Source of the DNA: Lama guanicoe
Taxonomy: Eukaryota
DNA length: 64,000 bases
Direction of reading: 5' to 3'
Assembly: GCA_013239625.1 (NCBI GenBank)
Contig: MU054323.1
Coordinates: forward strand, 8,173,220-8,237,219
In this document: in pieces, positions 48,200-60,100 of the stretch
Layout: every line of letters starts with the position of its first letter
Position numbering within the stretch: position 1 is the first letter of the stretch
The notes under the pieces: generated by a model
What the model was told of the DNA's origin: nothing
The model's database searches: none
Seen by the model: only the letters and a program-made list of their open reading frames with translations
Made by a program: the position numbers and the translations under genes

Positions 48200-49700
48200 T
48201 TGGAAGGCTAAATATTATTAAGATGTTGATTATTTCCAAATTTATCTGCAGCATTAACATGATTCTAGTTAAAATCTTCCAGCTGATGTTTTTGTGGAAG
48301 TTGACAAGCTGATTCTAAACTTTATATGCCGATACAAAGGGTCAAGAACAACCAAGACCATCCTGAAGAAGAGGAACAAGGCTGAAGTACTTATGCTGTG
48401 AGATACCAAGGACTTGCTAAAGCTTTTCTAGTCAATCCAGTGTGGTATTGGTGCAAGGATAGACAGACAGACCAATGGCCAGAATAGAAATTCCAGAATC
48501 AGACTCATACAGATATGGCTGCCTGATTTATGACAAAGATCACATTGCAATGAAGTAGGGGGAAAGAGAGTTTTTTCAATAAGTGGCATTGGGTTTAGTG
48601 GAATTCCATACAGGGAGGAAATAAGTCTTGATTCCTACCTCATACCATATACAAAAATCAATTCCAAGATTGAAGATTGATCCAATGTGGAAAATCAATA
48701 ATAAAACTTTCAGATGAAAGCATAGGGAACACCTTCATAATCTTGAGGCAAACATTCTTTAACAATACACAAAAAGCACTAATTATGAGAAAAAATTCAT
48801 AAATTGGAATATATTAAAACTGAGAATTTATATTGTTCAAGAGACATCATGAAGAGAATGACAAAGCAAGCCACAACAATCAGTATGTACTTCAACAGGT
48901 GAAGGATAAACAATGGAACACAGCCACGTAGTAGAATATTTCTCAGCTGTAGACAGATTCATGCAACAATGTGAATGATTCTTAAATGTATTTTGCAAAG
49001 TAAAGGAAGTCAGGAATTCAGGTCTAAGACTACATATTGTATGAGCCCATTTGTATGACATTCTGGAAAATGCAAAATTACAAGGATGGAAAACAGCTAG
49101 GTGGTTGCCAGTGGTTGGGGCAGGGGGAAGGAATTAACTACAAAGGAACCTCACAAGGAAATGTTTAGGATGATGGAACTGTTTCCTACAGTGGAACTGT
49201 GGTGGCCAATCCACACCTCTATGCATTTGTTTAAACCCCTAAAACCATACACCATAGTGAATGAAGTTTATTGGTTGCAAATTAAAAAATTAAAACATTT
49301 AACAAACCCAGGATGCTAGTGATCCCAGGATGAGATGCAGACCATGACAAATAAAAATAACTATATACAAATGAATGATAAAACCTCACTGAAAGGACTT
49401 GGGAAGGAGAAACTGACCAAGCAGCCTTGGAGAATGGTGTTTCAACTAGGTACTGTACGTCTAAAGATGAAAAGAACCATAAACCAGCACTGTACTGTAG
49501 CTGGCAAATTTGTTTTTCACTGGGGCATGGGTTAGCAATTCTGAAACTACAAGGATAGTAGGGTTTAACAAATAGGTAAACAAGTAGCAGATTATAGGAG
49601 CCAAGTTTCTTATTGTCACAATAAAAGTTATAAATAAGCAACAGGGGTAAGCTAGATACGGTGCTGGATTAGTGAGAGACATTAGGAACTCATGGGTTTC

Positions 49701-49764
<64 letters not shown>

Positions 49765-51590
49765 GAAATAAATATTTGTGTGTGGTATACATGGGTTAGT
49801 ATATACACATATACACATATAGCTCTCTCCACTAAGTAACTTTAGTGGAGAAACCTGTAAATACCACCTTACCTAAGCAATGAAGGTTAACATCACCAGT
49901 AATCGGTCATGTTGTTATCATGTACTTCACCTCTCTGGTATTGATTGCACAGATCCATAACCCCAGCCTAACTAAGCAAGAGGACACATCTGAAAGACCC
50001 AAACTGAGGGAGGTTCTACAAAACTACCTGGCCAGTGCTCTCCAAAAAATCATGAAGGACAAGACTGAGAAACTGTCATAGATTGGAAGAGACTAAGGGG
50101 ACAGAAAGACTAAACGCAACATGGGATCCTGGAGCAGATAAAAGATAAAAGTGAGAAAACTAGTGAAATCCAACTAAAGTTTGTAATGTCATTAGTAGTG
50201 TTCCACCAATTTAAATTTATTATTAGTTTTGATAAGTGTACCATGGTTACATAAGAAAGGTATATAGTATTTGTCTTAATAAATCCTAAAAGCAAGCCTT
50301 AAGAGGATTAAACTTGTTTTGAGTAACAAAACTGCATCCAAGAACAAAACACAATGATATTTCAATGAATCCAACAAAATTAAGCACCCAGCAATATAAA
50401 ATTTACAATGTTCATACTCCAATAGAAAAATTATCAGTCATGCAAGAAAGTAGAAAAATAAGACCCACAACCTGCAGAAAAATCAATTAATAGAAACACA
50501 CCCAGAAATGACACTAATGGTAGAATAAGCAGATGGAAACATTAAAATAACAATTAAAAATACACATCTGTTCAAGACAGTAAAGAGAAGTCTGAGGAAA
50601 AATGATAAATCTATAGACTCAAGAAGCTCAAGAGAACCCAAGCAGAAGAAACTTGAAGAAAACCACATCACAACACAGCATAAGCAAATTGCAAAAAAGC
50701 CAGGAATAAGGAGAAATATATTTGGGGGTTGGAGTGTGGGGGACACATTCATATAAGAGGGACAAAGATAAAAATGACACTAGATTTGTTGTCAGAAACT
50801 AAGCAAGCCAAAAGACACAGAGTGATACCTTAAACTCTCAGAGAGAAAGAATAAAGGCTCTCATCCAATCATTTTATACCCAGCAGAAATATCTTTCAAA
50901 CATAAAGGCAAAAGACGTGTTGCCCCCAGACATACAAAAGCTGAGAGAATTTAGCAGCAGCAGACCAGAGCTACAGAATATATTTAAAGAAGTCCTTCAG
51001 GGAGAAGGAAAATACCATAAGGAAACTTGGATCTACACAAAGAAATGACGACCACCAGAAGTGATAAACATGTGAGTAAATATTAAGTAACCTTTTTTCT
51101 CATTTTATACCATTCAGTATACACATACATAATGTGGATTTCAGCATCTCTCTGTCAATAATGACTATAACAATAAACAAAAACAATCATTAAGGATATA
51201 ATAGACTATCAGCCAACCTGACTTCCTTGACATTTGAGAGAGCACTTCACCCATCATAATAGATGGACATTCTTTTTTCAATTGCATTTGGAACATTTAC
51301 CAAGATAGACCATGTTCTGTGTTTTAAAGCAAGTCAATAAATTTAAGAGGATTTAAATCACACAAAGTGTGCCCTGACCACAACAAAATTAAATTAGAAA
51401 TCAATAACAGAAAGACATCTTGGAAACCCTCAAAGTCAAAGAGATCACAAGGAAAATTAGAAAATAATTTGAACTAAATAAAAATGAAAACACAACCTAT
51501 CAAAATTTGTGGTATTGCAGTGAAGGCAGTGTGTACAGGAAAATTAAACACGTTAAATGCTTTTATATAAAAAGGAATGACTTAAGTGTT
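48200..51590 (+). mobile_element. Cluster of decayed L1 fragments (ORF2 3' part, L1MC/MD-like 3' UTR, ORF1/endonuclease-start part)
   Basis: A-rich plus strand with L1 phrases such as ACAAGCTGATTCTAAAC, CCATATACAAAAATCAA, GAACATTTACCAAGATAGACCAT, AAATTAGAAATCAATAACAGAA. No intact ORF. Confidence 0.85.
49702..49761. repeat. Compound (AGAT)11(AGAC)4 microsatellite
   Basis: Read directly from the sequence; lies within an L1 3' UTR. Confidence 0.95.
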
Positions 51591-54249
51591 TATTTAAGTG
51601 AAAAAAAGATCCCTCACCCATTGGTGGGAGTTGATCACTGGGAAAAAAGAGTGAGTCAGGAATTCCAGGTCTATTAGCTGGCGGATGGGAGCCCATTCTC
51701 ACCCTGTACTTCTGGACTACTTGCACCTGGGAAGTGGCTGCCCCTTAAAAATGGAGCTCCTGTCACCAGCAGTATTGACTTGGAAGCCACAGGTGGATGA
51801 GCTTCTGGGCTGAACTGAAGGCTTCTCTTCCTTCAACCCAGTTGTGTGGAGGAATTCCTAGTTCTGGGTCTGAATGGAGTCACCCTTCACCAGAAGGTGG
51901 CAGTGTTGAGTTAGAGTCGTTCTGTCAGTTCTCAACCCCAGCATAGGTGAGCACCTACTGTGTGCAAGGCAATGGGTTAGGCTGACTGTCTTGCGGGCAG
52001 GTGGCAGGATAGACATTACCATTATGTTTTACAAGGAGGAGAAACTAGAGCCCAGAGAAGGAGACTCAGACTCCTAAGGCGATGCTTTGTCTACAGTGCT
52101 ACTGACTCTGCTAAGTATGCGATTTTTTTTTCCAAGAAAAGTTCCCAGAATCACATTCCCGCGCACACAGAGCAGGCAAGGTTTGGGGCATTGCCCTGAG
52201 TCCCGTGCCCCTGCCAGTTGGCAGTTGCTCAGAAAATAAACCAGCAGACCCAAAGGATGTGTCTTTCTCAGCTAGGGGTGAAAGACACAGGACTCATGGC
52301 CTGAACTTCAAGCCCTTGTAGCAAGGGCTTAGGTGAGCTACTATGCACCAGGCACTGAACTAGGTCCTGGGGCCCCCAGAACAATGAAGATGACACCGCT
52401 GTCTTCCACGAGACTCAGCTTAGACACTTACAGAAGTCTCTGTGGAAACAGGCAGGGTAGAAGTGTCTGAATCACGTCCAAGCAAAGAGAAAGGACAAGA
52501 GTAGGATGAGCTAGTGTTGCTGGGAGGTAGGACTGACAAAGGGGCAGGAGGGAGAAAGCAGCCAGGAGACAGAGACAGAGCAGGAGCCAAGGTCAGAACA
52601 AGCAGGGAGAGATGTCGTGGGACAGTGGGAGATGCTGTGGGTCGGGGACCAGGGAACTAGGCAAGGCAGCGGGGCCTTGCCTTCTCCACATGCCTCCTGC
52701 ACCCCCAGCTGTCTCCTCCCCTTCCAGGCTGCCCAGGGGTCACCTGGAAGGATAAAAATGTTAAGTAGGGGAGGGCAACAGTGGGGCTTAACCGGGACCC
52801 TGAATACTCAAAGTCCCAGATTGGCCTATGTGATCTTCACCAGGTGGAGAGAAGCCTGGCATTGTCATTTCAGGGAGGTTGTGGGCAGGGAGCACGGGGG
52901 ATGAGGAATCCACTTAGGTGAATGCACTCCCTCTGTTGGCCAGGCCCCAGAGGCAGCCTTCCCACTGGTTGTTTATAAGAAAGGGACAGTCTCAGTGTTG
53001 TAGATATTCAAACCTCCTGAAGTCTAAAAACAGAGAGGCCCGTAAGGGAGCTGTCTCCTGGTGACAGATGGGTTGGCAGGGACAAGCTAAGGATGTGTCC
53101 TGTCAACAGCTGGAAGTGGATTGCTAATGGAACAAATTGGGGAGAAAGGCAGTAAAAATGTTAAGTATTATTAAACATTCATGGGACCACGTGGCCTGAA
53201 CCTGGCTCAGACCCACCAGACCAGTCTCTTCTCTGATTCTAGGGGTACCTGCCACTGCCCTGAGGATCCTTCCAGAAGAGCTACCTGCTGACACAGAGGA
53301 GATCAGAGGACTGCAGGCCTGAGTCTTCCGGGGTGGCCCGGGAGCCTGGCAGTGTGTGGTGAGAGGCCTGAGGCGGGGAGTCAGAGGGGCCGATGCCCTG
53401 GGGTCAGACTGACTCTAAAAAGTTAATATAATAACTTTTTATTTGACATCTACAAGATTCTGGCATCTTGTAGCTTTTGAGGTTTATATGATCCCAATTT
53501 TTTAATAGTGTAACTTGCCAAAAGAGAAGAAAAAAGAGAGAGAGAAACCCAAAAGACCAGTTGTCCCCTCACTTATTTATCAAATCTGTTACAGGAAAAG
53601 CAAAATTCACTCATATCACAGGTAAGTGTCTATCCACGTTTGTATATTAGTATTTTAACAGCTTGGGATCAACTCTAGCATGTCTTACAACACATTAAAT
53701 AATATTCAAGTTCCTGAGGAACAAGAATAACAACAAAACAAGGTGTGTGAACTTGGGCAGATGGCTGAGCCTCTCTTTTTCTCCATCTGTACAATGGGCA
53801 GAATCATAACTTTGCTCATGCCATTTTACGAGGATCGAATGAGACCATACTTGCAAAACATCTCATCCTGGCAGGCCCCCCGTAAACTTTAACTACCATT
53901 ACTAATCTCTCCACCCCAACCGCACTGCCCTCCCATTTGCATCACCAGCACTCCCAGGGCACTGGTAGACCTGTCAGTTGAGCTCTCAAGGAAAGTTATT
54001 ACCTGGGCCAACTTGTTGCCAGGAGCTCACCCTGCCTGCCGATGGGCAGAGAAATGTCAGTTTGGGCTCCCATGAGTGCCCGTGGCTCAGTGATTCTTCG
54101 GGGGCAGCTGCTGACTGCAGCCAGGGGCGTCACCTCTGTGTGAAATCTTAAGGGGACTCAGGGATCAGCTCTGGTGAGAAGACGGGTGAGAAGGGGCTAA
54201 TGTGTTGCGGGCCCACCTCTGCATAACCTCATTCTGCAGATGCGGCTAT

Positions 54250-54410
54250 CGTATCCCAGAGAAGCTAGCACACTGGCCATGTGTCTGAGTCCCACAGGGA
54301 GCTATAATCAAAATTCACACTCCTTACCCCACTGTGGACTTTCTGAGTCAGCATCTCTGGGGGCAGGGCCCAGGGATCTGTATCTTAGCAAACTGCCCAG
54401 GTACTTCACT
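54250..54410. mobile_element. MER5A-like MITE
   Basis: CTGAGTCAGCATCTCTGGGGGCAGGGCCCAGGGATCTGTATCTTAGCAAACTGCCCAGGT. Confidence 0.6.
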
Positions 54411-56939
54411 CAGTGACAACCTGGTCAAAGTCACAGTGCTAACAAGTGGCAGAGACATGACATCAGATGCTGCCCACTCTCCCTCTCCCATCCCTTATCG
54501 TCCTCTCCAGGACACAGGCTCCCATCCAGCAAAGACGGGGAGGGGGTGTACAGCACAGACAACCTCTAGCCTTTCCCCAAGGCAAACGCTCAACTTGAAA
54601 ACATGCGTTTGCAGAGACACCTCACAAAGCTTCCTTCTGCTCCCTCTAACTTCCCTCCACACTCCATGCCCCAGCCCAACAGACTGCGGCCAGGTCCTGC
54701 AGAGGCAGGCAAGTTACATCACCCCCAACCCACGTGGGGCCCTCTGTCTCTCACTCTCTCTCATTGCTTATAGTCAATTCCACCTGTGACATACTGTCTC
54801 TCCTACAAGCCTGTCCTTTAACCGTTTTCCCTCTAACTTGCCCCTTCCAATTTCTGCCAGATTTATTTAGGAAATGTCTCCATTCACTGCCTTAGCCCTT
54901 CTGATGAAAACCACTTCTCCCGGAGCACCAAATAAAGTGCTCTTGCTGAAGAAATGACTCCCTGGTTCAATCCTCCAGCTTTGCTGTTTTATGGAATTAC
55001 TAGGAGAATGGGGAGGGGGGAATTGCTATTGACACTCAAGAGCATCTGGGGAGGAGGGTCTGTGGGTGGGAAGACCCATGGGCTCGGGGGCTGGGGGACC
55101 TGGATGGAGAGAGCGGCTGTCTCAGCCCAATTGAGGAGGGAAGTGGGGGCCTGGAGGCCCTCAGGAGACAGAGGCCGAGGAGGCTGGATGGAAGAGGAAG
55201 AAGAGAGGAGGCAGTGGATGCAAAGGCTTCAAGATGGGACACTTCCTGGGACCCATCCTCCCCAGCCCTCAGTGGCACCAACTGAAACTCATACAGTGCT
55301 TAGCAGGAGTGGAGTTTTTGTGGAAACCAGTATAAAATGGCTGGGGATTTTGTTTGGGTAAATTTGAAGTGAAGCAGATGTGCAGAGGATGGAGGCAGAG
55401 GGGACTGAAGGAAGACATGAGTCCCTCTTGTCCCTCCCAATCCCTCCTCACCAACTCCTCCCCAAAAGAACAAAGGAATGGGGGAGGCTCTGTACACTTA
55501 GAGGGCATAGAATCGGATGGAGGGTAGCACACAGACATTTCAACTTGATTTTGGGAGGCCCCCAGGTGCGTGAGGGCTCCAAGAGGATGGCAACAGGATA
55601 GTTTTCTCAATTTTCACACTGTTGCACCATGAGGAGCACCAGCCTGTGGCTCAGGCTGGGAACCTAACAACAGTTTATAGGGTTTTTCTGTGGAAAATGC
55701 AAACAAAGTTCCAAACGGCCAATATAAAAAACCTATTAAAACACAGTCTGTACCTGTAATTTAAAGGCAGTCTGCGCAAAGCAGGGAAGAGTGACTGAGG
55801 CGATGGGGTCACCCTGGGCAGACCAGGCAGCGGGCATTTCAGGGAAGAGCCCAGAACGGGGGCCACTCGGCTTCTCACGGGAGGGGAGCGGAGCGGAGCA
55901 GCAGGGCCGCGCCTCCCCCCAGTCCTCCTGGTCCCGCCTGCTGTTTATAAGCTGCCTTCCTGTCTGTAAGCAGGAGGGCTTCTCAGACAGTGTTGGGGCT
56001 GCTTTGCAGCTGTTTGGGGACACTCACCCCAGGCACCCTGGGAACATGTTCCCCTGTGAACTCTGTAAGATGTGTATCTTTGCGTCAAGACAACAATTTC
56101 TCTTTTATCACTACATCTAAGAGACACCAGTTGATCTGTTTCACCCCTCACTTTGAATTAACTGATGTAAACTGAGACGAGCTCACACCACAGCCTCTCT
56201 ATCAACCACAGATGCTGCTCTCTCTTTCCCTGTGATGCCCAATAACTCTTTTAACACAGAAAAGTCCAAACCAAAGCAACTCAAAGTCCTTCATTATTTC
56301 ACTCCCTGATGTTTTGGATTATCGGACTTTTGAAACCCCAACTTCCTATTCTTCTCTTTCCCCTGTATCCGGGGAGCATTGCCCCAACCCCAGCAGACTG
56401 CACTTGACTGCTAAGGACCCAGCCAGCCAGGCGTGACTCGTCATCACCCAGGCATCCATGAAGCACCTACTGTTGGCCAGACCACATCTTACCCATCCTT
56501 TCCCTGGGGTTCAAGCGGACAGGCAGGAAGGTGAAAAACTGGGGCTTGTTAAAAAGAGTTACTGCATATCAGGTGCTGTGTCAGGCACACACATGTGTGT
56601 TGCCCACTTGTTCTTTCCAACAACCCAAAGAGTGGATCTCGGTAACTTCATTGTATAGATGAAGGAGCAAAAAGGTTAAATAACTTCACCAAATAAAAGG
56701 AAGACCAGGAATGTGATCCCAGGTCTGTCTGACCCTCTGACCTGAGCTCTTTGTGTGGAGTGTGTTCCAGGAAGAGGCTGCATCAAAACGGAGAAATGCA
56801 CATGGAGCTGTCAAGCTCCTGGGTCCAGGCTGAGAGCTTACGGCTGTTGCTGATGTGGCTCAAGAAGGGCCAAGACGAGGAGTGAAAAATGTCCTTCAAA
56901 TTTGGGCATTTGTGGGGAGGGGTGACTGGGTGAGACGAT

Positions 56940-57155
56940 GCTGGGTCATAGGAAGAGTATGAAGGTCTGCAGCCCCAGCCGCACGGCACATCCGAGAAGT
57001 GCTCACACAATACCCTCACGGAGGATGGAGGACGTGGTTGAACAACAACACACACATAAGTGCCTACTGAAGAACCACAGGCAAAGGGACCTTTACGCAC
57101 CTATGTCAACTTGGAGAAAATTCTCTAGTGACGTGCCACAGGGCTCTATCTTTTA
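56940..57155 (+). mobile_element. CR1/L3 LINE reverse-transcriptase fragment
   Basis: STWRKFSSDVPQGSI at about 57106-57150 matches the CR1 RT motif SxWxxVxSGVPQGSVLGP. Confidence 0.7.
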
Positions 57156-60100
57156 TGATTGACTTGGGTTAAGGATATTTAACCCACTTTTTTTATTTTG
57201 TGCTTCTCCCCGCCCACACCCTACCCTGACCCGGCCCCATGAGACATAAATGTTTTCCCATGTTGCTACATAGTCAATATAATCATCATTTTAGTGGTTG
57301 CGTGGTTCCAATTCCCAGAGTGGATGGTCCTATCTAATGCTTCCAAGAAGAACCTGGAAATCTAAGCTAGGAAAATAATTTTTCAAAACAAGGAAAATAA
57401 TACGTGGGGCTGTTGACTGAAAAATTATTTATAGTAGCAAAAAAAAAAATATCCAGACCTGGAAACAATGTTAACGTCCTACCATGAGGGATCGTTTAGT
57501 AAATCAGAACCGAATGCAATTATGCAACCATTAAAATGTTATTGACACAGACTACATAGCAACATGAAAAACATTTATGCCTAATGGAAAAAAAGGCACA
57601 AAATAAAATTTTATCTCTGTTTGCCTACAGTGATGTAAAATCAAGTGTGCCTGAGGGGAAAGGTGGCAAAAGAAAACAGAAAATGACAACTTCTGATAGG
57701 ATGCGAAAAAGTTACTTTTTAGAAAATGTGTTTTTAAGGCTGACATAGTATTTTAACAATAAGTAAAAAGCAAGTTAAAAAAGAAAATACGTTCCAGAGA
57801 CAATTTGCTAAGCAAGCAAACAAATTTTTATTCCTAAGGGATTGGAAGCAATAGCTTTTACTTCTCTTTGCGGCTTTGCTCTCTGCAGGACAAGGACTGG
57901 ACCCCAGGCAGAGCTGGACTCTTGGCTCCCAGACCCAGAGAGCAGTGGGCTCCTTCTCCTGCAAGCAAGGCTTGGCAGGAAATGCTCCTGGAGAATGGAA
58001 GTTCAGTGGAAGAAGGCGCCAGGTCATCTCATGGTCTCTGCCTGTACCTTTCAAGATACATTCCAAAATATGTAGCTATCAGATGGTTAACTAGCAAGTA
58101 GTGAGCAGCTCCCATTTTTCCTGATAATTCTACCAGGTTTTAAGAGCATCGTCGGCTTGCTCGTGCTGCCGTCAGTTAGTGTGCCTGGGAAAGCACAGTG
58201 GTCCTGGCCTCTCTTCTCCCCAGGGTCCCTGCTGGTGCAGAGGCCTTTCTAAAGAGGATGGCATTTGAGAATGGAGACCGGGCCACCTCAGCTGCCTGGC
58301 CCTGTTGGGCAGCCTCCCCTCTCCCACGTAAGTCTCCCTATTCCGGGAGGCCCTTTGCCTGGGAGACAGCAAGCAGAAGCAGCTGGCCAGGCAAGGCACT
58401 GCTTGTGCAGACAAGGACCTGGGCACCAATCCAGAGCTGCCCCACCAACTGTTCTCCCTGACCACCCTTCTGAGGGGCCTGCTGGAGCCCGGGGGCAAGG
58501 GAGGGGCTCTGGATCAGCGGGGGCCAGGCGCAAGATGAGTAGGCGCCTCCAATCATCTCCAAAGAGAACCTGTTTCTGATCATCACCTTTTCTGCTGCCC
58601 GAGACATGGCTTCAGTTCCCCTCAGTATACTGGGAGCACTGCCTCTGGCATTTGGCCTCAGGCCAAAAGAGGGAAGTAGGTGACTCCTCGCCCAGAGCCT
58701 TGCCAGAGCCCAGGTTGCAGGAACTTTCAGCGGACGGAAGGACACTGACCATCTCTGCTTCAACTTCCTGGGCAAGTGGGCGCCCGACCTGAAGCCTGAT
58801 TTCCCTGCACTGCATTCCAGTGGCTTGTGCTGGGAGGCCTCCAGGGACGGGGAGCTTGCTCGGTCCTGAATGGGCCTAGTCTTGCTTCTGAGAGTGTGAT
58901 CTACTTAGGAATTTTTAGCCTGAGGGCCAACGGAAGCCCACCCCGCAGGGTCACTTCTCCCACATTAGCGCTACCGCAGAGCCCATCCAGTTCCTCCCCC
59001 ACCCCTAGCAAATGTGTAAAGAGGGCACGTCATCCCAAGTCCTTCCTCAGGTAGAGTGCCATTTCTTAGCCACCTTCCCAGTGGTGTGGCTTTGGGTCCC
59101 TACTGTCCTGGTGGCTATCCAGGGACCCTGCCCCCATCCCTCTAACCCCTTGGTGTGAGGTTGATGCTCGTTCTAAAAGACCCCACTAAAAGGTCCCACT
59201 GCTCAGAGGGGCACAGCTACTCCTTGCCTCCAGATGCTAGTCCTCTCTGAACGCTGCCTGAAATCCCACCCACCTGCCTGGAGCATTTGAACGTTTTCAC
59301 AGCCATCCTCTCATGCAGGCTGCGTCCAAACCCTCTGAGATAGGCAGCGCTGCTATCATTAGGTCCATTTTGCAGGTGGGGAAAACTGAGGTTAAACACA
59401 AAATGCAAACTCCAGCCCAGGACTTTGAACAACAAGCCCAATGAGCCTGAGAGATTTGAGCGGCTGCATCCTGGGTGCCTCACCCAGTGCCCGGCACACG
59501 GAAGGGGTCTGTGTTCTGTTAGGGGCTGAGGCCAGCGCTAAGAGGAGGGAAGGTCTCTTGCACGGCCGCCTTCTGTGGTTGGGCCTGCGTGGGGCCTGGC
59601 CTGGCCTTCTGCCTGGGTGAACGCGTCCCTGCACCCCAGCTGTGTGAGCTGTGGTGGCCTGGATCTCCAAGCAGGCGGCACAAGGCCTCCCTGCAGCCAT
59701 GCCACTGGGAAGCCCTTCTGAGCCACGGGGCGTCTTGTGCCGGAGGAGACAGCAGAGGCCCGAGGCCTACAGAGGGTCGAAAATCCTGGGAACAGAGCCC
59801 CGGCCAGCCCAGCCAGCACCTCATTAGGAGGCCCGAAGCGGGGAGGGGGCACTTCAGGAACAATGTTGTTTATTTTTCTATTTTTAAACAAGCCTGAGGT
59901 CTCTGGGGGCACAAATGAAGTTATCAGAAAAGACATGAGTGGAATAAAGCCTCAAGCCAACAGGCTGAGAAGGGCCCTGGGGACCCGGACTCTTGAAAAG
60001 CCGAGATGGGGTTTGTTTATCTTATACTCTGAGAGCACAGGACTGGGACCAGGGTGCCGGGCAAGCATGTCCCCAAGCCCTCTGCAGCCCGTTCCCTCTG

